Assembly: GCA_963765675.1 (NCBI GenBank)
Contig: CAVXXK010000014.1
Span: 96,001-160,000 of the forward strand
Direction: 5' to 3'
Source of the DNA: an uncultured delta proteobacterium
GTDB lineage: Bacteria; Desulfobacterota; Binatia; Binatales; Binataceae
Length of the DNA stretch: 64,000 bases
A program made the translations under genes and the position numbers. Within the stretch, counting starts at the first letter, position 1; the number at the start of each line of letters is the position of its first letter. A model generated the notes under the pieces. It ran no database searches. It saw only the letters and a list, made by a program, of their open reading frames with translations, and was not told the origin of the DNA. This document shows, piece after piece, positions 36,864 to 47,087 of the stretch.

Positions 36864-37826
36864 ATGAAAGCCGCCGTCTATTACCAAAACGGAACGCCCG
36901 AGGTTCTCAAATACGAAGATGTCCCCGATCCTGTATGCCATCCGAAGGGGGTGGTCATCCGCGTCGAGGCAGTGAGTATCGAAGGGGGCGACACCCTCAA
37001 TCGATGGCACGGCGCGCTGCTGACCAAGCCGCACATTGTCGGCTACCAGGCAGCGGGTGAGATAGTTGAGGTCGGAGCCGAAGTGACCGGCCTTCGCGTC
37101 GGCCAGAAAGTAACTACCGTCTACAACTTCGGCTCGCACGCGGCCTTGCGGCCGGTCCCCGCGCGCAACGCGTGGCCGGTTCCTGCAGGATTCGATATCA
37201 AACTCGCGGCGGCGATTCCGGTTCCTTTCGGTACCGCCGACGATTGCCTGTTCGAGTTCGGCCATCTGAAGTCCGGCGAGACCGTGCTGGTTCAGGCGGG
37301 CGCCAGCGGCGTGGGTGTCGCTGCGATCCAGCTTGCCAAACGCGCGGGCGCGACGGTCCTGGCGACGGCCTCGAGCGACGAACGCCTGGAGCGCTTGAAG
37401 CCTCTCGGTCTGGATCACGGTATCAACTATCGCCGGGACGATGTCGCAAAGTCCGTGATGAAGATAACCGAGGGCAAGGGCGTCAATCTGGTAGTCGATC
37501 CGGTCGGCGGCGCGACGCTGCAGGGCAGTATCATGTCGCTTGCATACCGGGGCCGAATCTCGATGGTCGGAGCGGCGGGTCGCGAGGCGATGACCGTTGA
37601 CGTATCACCGTTGATGGCAGGAAATCGGTCGCTCACCGGAGTCTTTCTTGGCGCCGAGATAGCGACTGACCGCGCGCACAACATGATCCAGCGCTTGATC
37701 GACGAAGCGGCGCGCGGTGAATTCAAAGTTGTGATCGACAGAACCTTCCCGCTGTCAGAGGCCGCCGCCGCGCATGCCTACATCGAAAGCCGCCAGGCGG
37801 TAGGCAGAGTTTTGTTGATTCCATAG
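36864..37826 (+). CDS. NADPH:quinone oxidoreductase (MDR family)
   Basis: MKA.VY...G.PEVL.YED.PDP, GASGVG.AAIQLAK, FPL.EAAAAH. Confidence 0.9.
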   Translation: MKAAVYYQNGTPEVLKYEDVPDPVCHPKGVVIRVEAVSIEGGDTLNRWHGALLTKPHIVGYQAAGEIVEVGAEVTGLRVGQKVTTVYNFGSHAALRPVPARNAWPVPAGFDIKLAAAIPVPFGTADDCLFEFGHLKSGETVLVQAGASGVGVAAIQLAKRAGATVLATASSDERLERLKPLGLDHGINYRRDDVAKSVMKITEGKGVNLVVDPVGGATLQGSIMSLAYRGRISMVGAAGREAMTVDVSPLMAGNRSLTGVFLGAEIATDRAHNMIQRLIDEAARGEFKVVIDRTFPLSEAAAAHAYIESRQAVGRVLLIP

Positions 37827-37837
37827 TCGTTGCCGCG

Positions 37838-37877
37838 AAAAGAAGCCGCCGCTCCTCCCGGATGGAGGAGCGGCGGC
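37838..37877 (-). terminator. Intrinsic terminator
   Basis: 14-bp stem GCCGCCGCTCCTCC/GGAGGAGCGGCGGC (37845-37877), U-rich tail on the minus strand, between convergent genes. Confidence 0.8.
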
Positions 37878-37903
37878 CATTCATGAGCGGGGCTGTTATC
37901 GCC

Positions 37904-39076
37904 CTAAGGTATCTGCGGACCGAAGGCGTCTCCGGCAGGCGCGACCAGTTCGGTGTTGCTGCCAGAAATCAGGACCTCCGGTTTGACGTTTCCGGTATCA
38001 CCCAGTTGGTCAGCCGCGAATATCGCGATACTGAGCGGTGCCGCGGAGTTTGCCACTGCAAGATTGCCCAAGTTGTCGAACGCGAGCCCGTTAGGCGAAC
38101 TGAGGCTTTGTACTTTCTTGACCTTCACCGGGTTAAAGGTCACCGCGGGAGTCGGAGTACCCGAGGCCGCCAGCGAGTCAGGAGCGAACGCGACCACGGT
38201 GAAAGGAGTATTGGCGTTGCTTGACCACAGATCGCCAAGGGTCGAGAAGACCAGCGCCCACGGGCCCTCGATCGAACTGTTGGTGTTATTCAATACAATG
38301 GTTGGCGATTCGTCATGAACACCGCCGGCTAGCAAGGTCTCCACTATCGAATTGTCGTATTCGAAAATGCTTGTGTCGCCGTTGTTCGCAATCCATAGAT
38401 TGCCGGAAGAATCGAAAGCAATGCCAAGCGGACCACTCAGACCGCCCGCGCCCGTCGTGGTGAGCTGTCCTTGCGGGGTAATATCTCCTGAAGTCGTGAG
38501 CTGATCCGCCAGGAATACATCGACGGCTCCGGTGCTGTTATCCGTGACCCACATATTGCCGGTGGAATCGAACACCGCCTGTTGCGGAAATCCGAACGGA
38601 GTCGTGGTCACGTCAGTCGTATTGGTGATCGTCACGGCCGGTGTAAGATTCAAAGAACCGCCTGCGGCGATTTGCGCAGCCGTAAATTCTTCCAGCGCGG
38701 GGAACGCGTCTCCGGTCGATGAGGTGGCGATGGCGCCTCCGTCTATAACCCAGAGATCCCCCGCAGTATCAAACAGCACTCCCTGTGTGGAAAGGAAGCC
38801 GGCGCTGTTGGTTACGATGACGCTCGGCGCGATGTTGGGGGTTCGCGACGTGAACGGAGAGGTGAATTCCAAGACGTTTGAACCGTTCGCAACCCATATT
38901 CCCTCATCGGTAGTAAATGAAAAATGATGTGGTCGAAATGATGATGACGACGAACCGCCGCACCCAGCCGCCACAACCGCCATCACGAGCATGATGGCGC
39001 AGAATGATGCCGTTGTCGCACGGCTCAGCCGGTCGCGACCGGAAAAATATCGCGTCGAACGTCCACTGCTAATCAT
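37904..39076 (-). CDS. Lipoprotein with NHL-like beta-propeller repeats
   Basis: Lipobox VAAGC plus Ser linker; repeated P.G.AFD..GNLW..N units. Confidence 0.8.
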   Translation of the reverse strand: MISSGRSTRYFSGRDRLSRATTASFCAIMLVMAVVAAGCGGSSSSSFRPHHFSFTTDEGIWVANGSNVLEFTSPFTSRTPNIAPSVIVTNSAGFLSTQGVLFDTAGDLWVIDGGAIATSSTGDAFPALEEFTAAQIAAGGSLNLTPAVTITNTTDVTTTPFGFPQQAVFDSTGNMWVTDNSTGAVDVFLADQLTTSGDITPQGQLTTTGAGGLSGPLGIAFDSSGNLWIANNGDTSIFEYDNSIVETLLAGGVHDESPTIVLNNTNSSIEGPWALVFSTLGDLWSSNANTPFTVVAFAPDSLAASGTPTPAVTFNPVKVKKVQSLSSPNGLAFDNLGNLAVANSAAPLSIAIFAADQLGDTGNVKPEVLISGSNTELVAPAGDAFGPQIP

Positions 39077-39546
39077 TCTCCCCTCCTGTCAACATCCGTT
39101 GATAAAATACGCATTATTTCACGTCAAAGAGCGATAATACTTTGTTCATGCAGATATCATCGCTCCTATAAGCAGTCGTTCCGCGACAACGAGGCACCAC
39201 AGATAGGTGAAGACGTCTGACTCTAGAGAAAGTTGCATCGCGGCAAACGAATACATAGACGCCACGCGCGAAAAAATATTCGATTCCGAAGGCAGCGTTG
39301 CGCGAATCCCCTGGCAGCGATTGCTTTGTGATGCGCTCTGATGCCCGTTCGTGCACCAATATCGCAGACGGTAGCTCGTAGTCAAGAGCGTTTTCACTGC
39401 GAGTCTGGGTCGGATCAATGGAGGGATCCGCTGAGAGAGTTGCGGACGCGGCCGTCTAGGCACGATCCGCCGCGTATCCGCGACGTACCGCGATTAAGAG
39501 TGAGAATCTATTATCTGCTTCCGGCGACTTAGTATTTAGATGAGTC

Positions 39547-40746
39547 TTAACCAGCAGATGCGTGGTCGGACCGGCGCAAGTCGGATGCGAGGCCATTTCC
39601 CATCAAATCGATAAAATTGTCGCAGTAGAATCGGCTACGAGCGGCTTCGGGCGATGTGCGCATTGCATCTTCGAAACGCTTTAGAGGATTTCGTCCACCC
39701 TCGACATGCGGAAAATCCGACGAGAACATGCAAATCTCATCCCCCGAGTTGGCGATAATCCAGCCCGTCTCTTCCGCCGGGTAGGGCGTCACCCGGACTT
39801 GCCGGCGGACAAACTCGCTCGGCCGCAGCGACATCTTCTTGAGGCGGTCTTCGTTCTTGATGAACGCCGTATGCGCCGAATCCATCGCGCGCATCCATCC
39901 TGGCAGCCACGATGCTCCCTGCTCGATCACTCCGAACTTGAGCCGTGGATAGCGGTCGAGCACGCGGTCGAAGATCATCGTCGCGAGCGTCTGCATCGGC
40001 GGATACGGAATCGCCATGTAATCGACCGAACGGAAGTTCCCGTCGCCGCCATGAAAATCCGGCACGGGCGGCATCCCGTTGACGAAATAATCCGGCGACA
40101 GCAGGGGTCCGCCGCCACCGACGTGAAACAGGATCGGTATTCCCGCTTCCTGCGCCTGCGCCCACACCGGATCGAACCCCACATGGCTCGGCGAATGTCC
40201 CTTGGGGCATCGCGACGGGATAAGCAGCGCTTTGGCGCCGAGCGCGATCGCCTCGCGCGCGATCGCGTCAGCCTCTGCGAAATCCGCAAGCGGCACGTAG
40301 CACGACGCAAGCATCCGCCGGTCGATCGAGCAGAAATCGATCATCGCGCGATTGAATCCGCGCGCGACCTCCGCCCGCTTCTTCGGATCATTGCCATGCT
40401 CGAGATTGAGCAGCCCAAGGAAGGTCGTGGTGAATACGAGCTGGCTTGCGAAGCCCAGGCTGTCGAGCGCGCGAGGACGGTCCTCGCGCCGCCATGACCC
40501 CAGCGCTTCGTAATTTTTTCGCAGCATGATCTGGCGCTCGCCCTCGGCGAGCCATGCGGGATCGTCGTGGCGGCCGCGCACGATCGCGAACAGGTCGCGG
40601 CCCTGCTTTTCGCCGAGTGCGCTGAACATATTCTGGCGCTTGATTTCGCGCGCGTACTCGTCGCAGACGTAGCCGTCGAGGAAATCCGGCGCCTCCATGA
40701 TATGCGCGTCAGCGTCGTGAATCGTGCGGCCTTCAATGTATGCCAT
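39547..40746 (-). CDS. Amidohydrolase family protein
   Basis: IHDADAHIME, FHVGGG, IEQGASW, FSSDFPHVEG. Confidence 0.88.
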   Translation of the reverse strand: MAYIEGRTIHDADAHIMEAPDFLDGYVCDEYAREIKRQNMFSALGEKQGRDLFAIVRGRHDDPAWLAEGERQIMLRKNYEALGSWRREDRPRALDSLGFASQLVFTTTFLGLLNLEHGNDPKKRAEVARGFNRAMIDFCSIDRRMLASCYVPLADFAEADAIAREAIALGAKALLIPSRCPKGHSPSHVGFDPVWAQAQEAGIPILFHVGGGGPLLSPDYFVNGMPPVPDFHGGDGNFRSVDYMAIPYPPMQTLATMIFDRVLDRYPRLKFGVIEQGASWLPGWMRAMDSAHTAFIKNEDRLKKMSLRPSEFVRRQVRVTPYPAEETGWIIANSGDEICMFSSDFPHVEGGRNPLKRFEDAMRTSPEAARSRFYCDNFIDLMGNGLASDLRRSDHASAG

Positions 40747-40872
40747 GAGCATCCTTCCCTGCGGTGAATACGAATACTCTAGACGATTCCGGCCGGATGC
40801 GTCATCAGGCCGCCGATTGCATAGCGAGCCGCTTAAGTCGCACGATCGAATGAGAGCGAGGAAGATTTAGCG

Positions 40873-41682
40873 ATGCTGAAGAAGTCGACGGTCGAAGAGT
40901 TGGCGCGGCGCCTTGAAGAATCGGAACGGACGCGCCGACAGATACGCCAGTTCTCAATTGAATATCCCGAGATTACGATCGAGGACGCGTACGCGATTCA
41001 GCAAGCGTGGGTCGCGTTGAAGCTTGCGGCCGGACGCACGCTTCGGGGTCACAAGATCGGGCTCACGTCGAAGGCGATGCAGGCATCGTCGCAGATCGAC
41101 GAGCCGGATTTCGGAGCGCTGCTCGACGATACGTTTTTCTCCGACGGCGCCGAGATCCCGTTCTCGCGCTTTATCGTGCCGCGAGTCGAGGTCGAGCTCG
41201 CATTCGTACTCGGCAAGGCGCTCAGCGGTCCGAACTGCTCGATCTTCGAGGTCCTCAGCGCGGTCGACTACGTGGTGCCTGCGATCGAGATTATTGACGC
41301 GCGCATCGATCAGATTGATCCGCAATCGAAAGTGCCGCGCAAAGTCTTCGACACGATTTCCGACAACGCCGCTTGCGCGGGGATCGTGATCGGGGGGCGT
41401 CCGGTCCGCCCGCTCGAGATCGATCTGCGATGGGTCGCCGCCGTCCTGTATCGTAATGGCGAGCTCGAGGAGTCTGGCGTCGCCGCCGCGGTGCTCAATC
41501 ATCCGGCAAACGGCGTCGCGTGGCTCGCGAACAAGCTCGCTGCGCACGGAGTCAGTCTGGCTGCGGGCGAGATTATTCTGGGCGGATCGTTTACGCGTCC
41601 GATCGCGGCGCGGCCCGGTGACGTTTTTCACGCCGACTACCGCGAGCTAGGCTCGATCTCGTTTCGCTTCTCGCGCGAGTAA
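40873..41682 (+). CDS. hpaH: 2-oxo-hept-4-ene-1,7-dioate hydratase (HpcG/HpaH)
   Basis: [72 protein letters not shown]. Confidence 0.88.
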   Translation: MLKKSTVEELARRLEESERTRRQIRQFSIEYPEITIEDAYAIQQAWVALKLAAGRTLRGHKIGLTSKAMQASSQIDEPDFGALLDDTFFSDGAEIPFSRFIVPRVEVELAFVLGKALSGPNCSIFEVLSAVDYVVPAIEIIDARIDQIDPQSKVPRKVFDTISDNAACAGIVIGGRPVRPLEIDLRWVAAVLYRNGELEESGVAAAVLNHPANGVAWLANKLAAHGVSLAAGEIILGGSFTRPIAARPGDVFHADYRELGSISFRFSRE

Positions 41683-41742
41683 GAGACTCAACTCGTGTGA
41701 AAGTTCGGCGCATCATTGAGCAGGAGGGGAGTATTGAAGCCG

Positions 41743-44400
41743 ATGGAAACTCAACCCGATATCGATTCCGAGGAAACCACTGAATGGCTGGACGCGCTCG
41801 ACGCCGTCATCGACGCCGAAGGCGTCGACCGAGGCCATTTTCTGCTCGAAAATTTGATCACCAAGGCGCGCGCAAAAGGCGCGTTTCTTCCTTACAACGC
41901 GAACACGCCGTACCTGAACACGATTCCGGTCGAGCTCGAGCCGCGCTCACCCGGTAATCGCGAGATCGAGCGCCGCATCAGATCGATCATCCGCTGGAAC
42001 GCGGTCGCGATGATCTTGCGCGCCAACGCGACCAGCTCGGAGCTCGGCGGCCATATCGCGAGCTTTCAGTCGATCGCGACCTTGTACGACGTCGGCTTCG
42101 GTCATTTCTGGCGCGCGCCCACATCAGAGCGCCCCGGCGATCTGATTTATCTGCAGGGTCATTCCTCGCCCGGAATTTACGCGCGCGCCTTCCTTGAAGG
42201 ACGTCTCACCGAGCACGACCTGCTGAAGTTCCGGCAGGAGTCCGACGGTCACGGCCTCTCGTCTTATCCGCATCCGTGGTTGATGCCGGAGTTCTGGGAA
42301 TTCTCCACCGTGTCGATGGGCCTCGGGCCGCTGATGGCAATCTACCAGGCGCGCTTCATGAAATATCTGCAGGGCCGCGGCCTGGCCGATATCGGCGATC
42401 GGAAGGTGTGGGCCTTTGTCGGCGACGGCGAGATGGACGAGCCCGAGTCGCTTGGCGCGATCTCGATGGCGTCGCGCGAAAAGCTCGACAATCTGATTTT
42501 CGTAGTCAATTGCAACCTCCAACGCCTCGACGGTCCGGTGCGAGGCAACGGCAAGATCATCCAGGAGCTCGAGGCCAACTTCCGCGGCTCCGGATGGAAC
42601 GTGCTCAAGGTTATCTGGGGCAGCAACTGGGACGCGCTTCTGGCTCGCGACAAGAAAGGGCTCTTGCGCAAGCGGATGGAAGAATGTGTTGACGGCGAGT
42701 ACCAGGCATTCAAGGCCAACGATGGCGCATATGTGCGCCGGGAATTCTTCGGAAAATATCCGGAGTTACTCGAGATGGTCTCAGGCATGACCGACGACGA
42801 AATCTGGCAGCTACGCCGCGGCGGCCACGACCCGGTCAAGATCTACGCCGCCTACGCGGCGGCGGTCGCGCATCAGGGGCAGCCGACCGTGATCCTGGCC
42901 AAGACCGTCAAGGGCTACGGGATGGGCGCCTCGGGCGAGGGCATGAATATCGCCCATCAGGCCAAGCACATGACTCTGCCGGCGCTGAAGAAATTTCGCG
43001 ACCGCTACAAGATTCCAGTGCCGGACGAGCAGATCGCCGAGGTCCCATTTTATCGTCCCGCCGAGGACAGCGAGGAAATCCAGTATCTGAAGCAACATCG
43101 CGAAGCGCTGGGCGGCACGATTCCTCAGCGGCGCACCAAATCGATCGCGCTCGAAATTCCTCCGCTTGAAACTTTCGAGACCCAGCTAAAGAGCACCGAG
43201 GATCGTGAAATCTCGACCACGATGGCCTTCGTGCGGATTCTCGCGACGCTGCTTCGCGACAAGAATATCGGCAAACGAATCGTGCCGATCGTCCCCGACG
43301 AATCGCGCACCTTCGGAATGGAGGGGATGTTCCGGCAGCTCGGGATTTTCTCGCAGGTCGGGCAGCTCTACAAACCCGTGGACGCCGCCCAGTTGATGTT
43401 CTATCGCGAGCACAAGCAGGGCCAGATTCTGCAGGAGGGAATCAACGAGGCCGGAGCGATGTGCTCATGGATCGCGGCGGCCACCTCTTACAGCACCAAC
43501 AACCTGCCGATGATTCCGTTCTATATCTTCTACTCGATGTTCGGCTTCCAGCGCGTCGGCGACCTCGCATGGGCTGCCGCTGACATGCGATGCCGGGGCT
43601 TTTTGCTGGGAGGCACCTCCGGCCGCACCACCCTGAACGGCGAGGGTCTGCAGCACGCCGACGGGCATAGCCACGTACTGGCCTCGGCCATTCCAAACTG
43701 CGTGGCCTACGACCCGACCTTTTCCTACGAACTCGCCGTGATCCTGCAGGACGGACTGCGCCGCATGCTGCACGAACAGGAAGACGTCTTTTACTACATC
43801 ACGCTGATGAACGAGAACTACGTGCATCCCGCGATGCCCGAAGGCGCCCGCGACGGAATCCTTAAAGGGATGTATTTGCTGCGCGAGGGCGGTAATGGCA
43901 AAGCGCCGCGGGTCCAGCTCATGGGCTCGGGAACGATCCTGCGCGAAGTGATCGCGGGCGCCGACCTGCTGCGCGACGACTTCGGTGTCGCCGCCGACGT
44001 GTGGAGCGTCCCGAGTTTCACCGAGCTGCGGCGCCAAGGGCTGGCGGTCGAGCGCTGGAATCTGCTGCATCCCACCAGCACGCAGCGGAAAAGCTACGTC
44101 GAGACTTGCCTCGCCGAGCGGCAGGGGCCGGTGGTCGCCGCGAGCGACTATATCAGGACCTTTGCCGACGAGATTCGCCCGTTCGTCGGACGGCGCTACC
44201 GCGTGCTCGGGACCGACGGCTTCGGCCGCAGCGACTATCGCAAGCAGTTGCGCAGATTCTTCGAGGTCGATCGCCACTACGTCGCGCTCGCCGCGCTCAA
44301 GAGCCTCGCCGACGAAGAGCAGATTCCCGCCGCGCGGGTCGCCGAGGCGATCAAGAAATACGAGATCGATCCCGAGAAGCCCAACCCGGTGACGGTGTAG
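41743..44400 (+). CDS. aceE: Pyruvate dehydrogenase E1, homodimeric type
   Basis: ET.EWL..L, LGGHIAS, QGHSSPG.YARA, TVSMGLGP, GDGEMDEPES, GRTTLNGEGLQH, GTDGFGRSD. Confidence 0.97.
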   Translation: METQPDIDSEETTEWLDALDAVIDAEGVDRGHFLLENLITKARAKGAFLPYNANTPYLNTIPVELEPRSPGNREIERRIRSIIRWNAVAMILRANATSSELGGHIASFQSIATLYDVGFGHFWRAPTSERPGDLIYLQGHSSPGIYARAFLEGRLTEHDLLKFRQESDGHGLSSYPHPWLMPEFWEFSTVSMGLGPLMAIYQARFMKYLQGRGLADIGDRKVWAFVGDGEMDEPESLGAISMASREKLDNLIFVVNCNLQRLDGPVRGNGKIIQELEANFRGSGWNVLKVIWGSNWDALLARDKKGLLRKRMEECVDGEYQAFKANDGAYVRREFFGKYPELLEMVSGMTDDEIWQLRRGGHDPVKIYAAYAAAVAHQGQPTVILAKTVKGYGMGASGEGMNIAHQAKHMTLPALKKFRDRYKIPVPDEQIAEVPFYRPAEDSEEIQYLKQHREALGGTIPQRRTKSIALEIPPLETFETQLKSTEDREISTTMAFVRILATLLRDKNIGKRIVPIVPDESRTFGMEGMFRQLGIFSQVGQLYKPVDAAQLMFYREHKQGQILQEGINEAGAMCSWIAAATSYSTNNLPMIPFYIFYSMFGFQRVGDLAWAAADMRCRGFLLGGTSGRTTLNGEGLQHADGHSHVLASAIPNCVAYDPTFSYELAVILQDGLRRMLHEQEDVFYYITLMNENYVHPAMPEGARDGILKGMYLLREGGNGKAPRVQLMGSGTILREVIAGADLLRDDFGVAADVWSVPSFTELRRQGLAVERWNLLHPTSTQRKSYVETCLAERQGPVVAASDYIRTFADEIRPFVGRRYRVLGTDGFGRSDYRKQLRRFFEVDRHYVALAALKSLADEEQIPAARVAEAIKKYEIDPEKPNPVTV

Positions 44401-44409
44401 GTCGCGCCG

Positions 44410-45762
44410 ATGGGAACGCTGGTCGATATCAAGCTTCCGGACATCGGCGATTTTACCGATGTCGACGTGATCGAGGTGATGGTCAAGCCAGGCGACCGGG
44501 TCCACGCCGAAGATTCCCTCATCACGATCGAATCGGACAAGGCCACGATGGAGGTGCCGTCGCCGCAAGCGGGCGTGGTCAAGGAGATCAAGGTAAAGCT
44601 CGGCGACAAGGTTTCCGAAGGGTCGCCGATCGTGGTGCTCGAAACCGAAGCGCCACCCGCTGACACGGCAGCGCCGCCTGCGCCGAAACCAACTGAGACT
44701 TCTGCGGAGCCGCGCAAAGAGCCCGCGCGCAAACGAGAGAAACCTCCTGCGGCGGAAGCTCCTAAGCCTGCTGCCGCTGCGCCTCCTGAAGCGGTCGAAA
44801 AGGCGTCCGCGGAGAAAGCCGCAGCGCCTCCCGAGCCCACGGAAGCAGCCGAGCATCCAGGCACCAAGCCGCATGCGAGTCCGTCGGTGCGCAAGTTCGC
44901 GCGCCAGCTCGGCGCCGATCTGTCGCTCGTCACCGGCTCGGGGATAAAGGGGCGCATCTTCCGCACCGACGTCGAGAAATTCGTGAAATCCGCGCTGACC
45001 CGCGCGGCGGGAGGCCGAGGCGGCACCGCGCTCGATCTGCTCCCGTGGCCCAAGCTCGACTTCACGCGCTACGGCGCGACCGAGACGCGCCCGCTCTCGC
45101 GCATCCGCCGGGCCGCGAAGGCCAACCTCGCGCGCAACTGGGTGATGATCCCGCACGTCACCCAGTTCGACGAGGCCGACGTAACCGAGCTCGAAGCGCT
45201 GCGCCGCGAGATCAACGAAACTCACGCCAAGGACGGAGTGCGCGTGACGATCCTCGCTTTCATCATCAAGGCGATGGTCGCGGCGCTGACCGAGTTTCCG
45301 GAGTTCAACTCCTCGCTCGACGGCGACAATCTGATACTCAAGAAATATTTCAATATCGCGTTCGCCGCCGACACTCCCGAGGGTCTGGTTGTTCCCGTCC
45401 TGCGCGACGCGGATAAAAAGGGCGTAGTGCAAATCGCCCGCGAAACCGCGGAGCTCGCCGCCGCCGCGCGCGCAGGAAAGCTCAGGCCGATGGACATACA
45501 GGGCGGATGCATCACGATATCGAGCCTCGGCGGGATCGGCGGGACCGCGTTCACGCCGATCATCAACGCGCCCGAAGTCGCGATCCTCGGCGTGTCGAAG
45601 CAGGTGATGAAGCCCGTCCATCGCGACGGCGAATTTGTCGCGCGCCTGATGCTGCCGCTGTCGCTGTCCTACGACCATCGCGTAATCGACGGCGCGATGG
45701 CGGCGCGGTTCATCACGTATCTCGGCTCGGTGCTCGCCGACATGCGCCGCGCGCTGCTGTAA
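44410..45762 (+). CDS. aceF: Dihydrolipoyllysine acetyltransferase E2 (single lipoyl domain)
   Basis: ESDKATMEVPS, Ala/Pro linker, HASPSVRK.AR, FTPIINAPEVAILG, SYDHRVIDGA. Confidence 0.96.
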   Translation: MGTLVDIKLPDIGDFTDVDVIEVMVKPGDRVHAEDSLITIESDKATMEVPSPQAGVVKEIKVKLGDKVSEGSPIVVLETEAPPADTAAPPAPKPTETSAEPRKEPARKREKPPAAEAPKPAAAAPPEAVEKASAEKAAAPPEPTEAAEHPGTKPHASPSVRKFARQLGADLSLVTGSGIKGRIFRTDVEKFVKSALTRAAGGRGGTALDLLPWPKLDFTRYGATETRPLSRIRRAAKANLARNWVMIPHVTQFDEADVTELEALRREINETHAKDGVRVTILAFIIKAMVAALTEFPEFNSSLDGDNLILKKYFNIAFAADTPEGLVVPVLRDADKKGVVQIARETAELAAAARAGKLRPMDIQGGCITISSLGGIGGTAFTPIINAPEVAILGVSKQVMKPVHRDGEFVARLMLPLSLSYDHRVIDGAMAARFITYLGSVLADMRRALL

Positions 45763-45791
45763 CTGGGATCGGGCGCGCAGAAATTGCGGAT

Positions 45792-45905
45792 AAAAAAGGG
45801 CCGGGTTACCGTTGGGGACCGTGGGTGGGGAGCCTACGGCAGTAACCCGGCCGTGCTTGGGGACAGGCGCTGTTGGTTCTCGGGGGAGGAGATTTGCAGC
45901 GCTGC
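45792..45905 (-). ncRNA. Candidate small RNA with C-rich loops and intrinsic terminator
   Basis: Sigma54 motif upstream; stems GCGCTG/CAGCGC and TCTC/GAGA with a CTCCCCC loop; 11-bp terminal stem GGCCGGGTTAC/GTAACCCGGCC followed by T6; four TCCCC motifs. Confidence 0.65.
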
Positions 45906-45915
45906 GATAGTGTAA

Positions 45916-45931
45916 AGCAAGACCAGTGCCG
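45916..45931 (-). promoter_or_regulatory. Sigma54 -24/-12 promoter of the candidate sRNA
   Basis: Minus strand CGGCAC-TGGTC-TTGCT; predicted +1 at 45905. Confidence 0.65.
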
Positions 45932-45974
45932 CGAATAAAAAGTAACGAAATCAAGGATGGTGGCCGAAAAAACT

Positions 45975-45998
45975 CTTCGCGAATTGCGATTCGCGAAG
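45975..45998. promoter_or_regulatory. Palindrome, possible enhancer-binding-protein site
   Basis: CTTCGCGAAT-TGCG-ATTCGCGAAG, 70-93 bp upstream of the predicted sRNA start. Confidence 0.4.
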
Positions 45999-46230
45999 CT
46001 GCCCATCAGGCGATCACCAACCTTTCCGCCTGATTTCACAGGGTTTTTGCACGATGCGATTGATGCAGTCGATCGGTCCAAAGATTCGCTTTTCGCGCAG
46101 CCGTCTGGCTGCTCAAGAGCAGCGCGATCGCTGCGGGATCACGCGATTCGGAAATTAGAAAAAAGGTACCGCCTCCGATACCCCCCTCGACCAGCGAGAG
46201 GCCACTTCCGCACGACAGCGCGGTGCACGT

Positions 46231-46366
46231 GGCGTGGACTCGGAGCATGGCCGTCCCGGGATTCCTCGCCCAAGGCTCGGAATGACGATCGATGGTTCGT
46301 CTGCGGCTACGATAATGATGCGCCTGGCCCGCATTCGTCATTCCGAGCGCTGCGCGAGGAATCCCG
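46231..46366. repeat. REP-like element pair (GGGATTCCTCG..GCTCGGAATGAC and inverted copy)
   Basis: 46257-46286 and inverted 46337-46366; 46231-46299 matches 54447-54515 at 62/69 nt. Confidence 0.8.
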
Positions 46367-46539
46367 ACACGTTCATGCACTGACCTTCGCGTGGCGGGCA
46401 TCCACGCAAATAAAAACTGCGCATCGTGCCGCACAGGTTGTGCGAACGATCCGATGAAAGGCCGCCGGCCGATCTGGACCGCTATCATTTCGCGCTGGCC
46501 GTTGAGAGGTTTCGATCCGTGTGTTAATTCCTACCTTCA

Positions 46540-46613
46540 CGGGGCGTGGCGCAGCCTGGTAGCGCACCTGCCTTGGGAGCAGGGGGTCGGCCGTTCAAAT
46601 CGGCTCGCCCCGA
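46540..46613 (+). tRNA. tRNA-Pro(TGG), CCA not encoded
   Basis: Acceptor CGGGGCG/CGCCCCG, anticodon arm CCTGC-CTTGGGA-GCAGG, GTTCAAAT. Confidence 0.95.
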
Positions 46614-46617
46614 TTTA

Positions 46618-46694
46618 GCGCCAGTAGCTCAGGTGGAAAGAGCAGCGGCCTTCTAAGCCGCGGGTCAGGGGTTCGAATCCCTTCTGGCGCGCCA
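46618..46694 (+). tRNA. tRNA-Arg(TCT)
   Basis: GCGCCAG/CTGGCGC-GCCA, GCGGC-CTTCTAA-GCCGC, GTTCGAATC. Confidence 0.96.
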
Positions 46695-46747
46695 TGGAAA
46701 TTTGCGGGCTTCGAGCCCGGACCGTGTTTCGATCGGTTCAAAGCAGT

Positions 46748-46824
46748 GGTGGGTGTAGCTCAGTTGGTAGAGCGCTGGATTGTGGCTCCAGTGGTCGAGG
46801 GTTCAAATCCCTTCACTCACCCCA
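46748..46824 (+). tRNA. tRNA-His(GTG) with encoded G-1
   Basis: G-GTGGGTG/CACTCAC-C-CCA, CTGGA-TTGTGGC-TCCAG. Confidence 0.96.
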
Positions 46825-46854
46825 CATATCCTGCTACGAAAGCATCTCGTCGGT

Positions 46855-46930
<76 letters not shown>

Positions 46931-47087
46931 GTTTTTCGGATCTTTTACCCATCTCCGCTTGCGAGGTTTGGTCCATCCGCGCGCGCTTGCATCTGCGGGC
47001 GGGCTACGCGACGCTTGGCGCGATTTGCCGTCATGCATACCGCCGATACCGACATTACTGCGCAATCCGCTGACGCCGCTGCGATCG

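Noticed and set aside
39077-39546. Possible c-di-GMP riboswitch (GGCAAAC..GACGC) in the long intergenic region
   Set aside because: No GAAA-tetraloop stem, and it is on the wrong strand for the adjacent gene
40808-40823. Sigma54-like motifs at about 40810 and 55549
   Set aside because: GG-to-GC spacing is off by one base, which sigma54 does not tolerate
41743-45762. aceE-aceF without lpdA, and orphan hpaH
   Set aside because: Split pdh and hpa loci are common; partners are probably elsewhere in the genome
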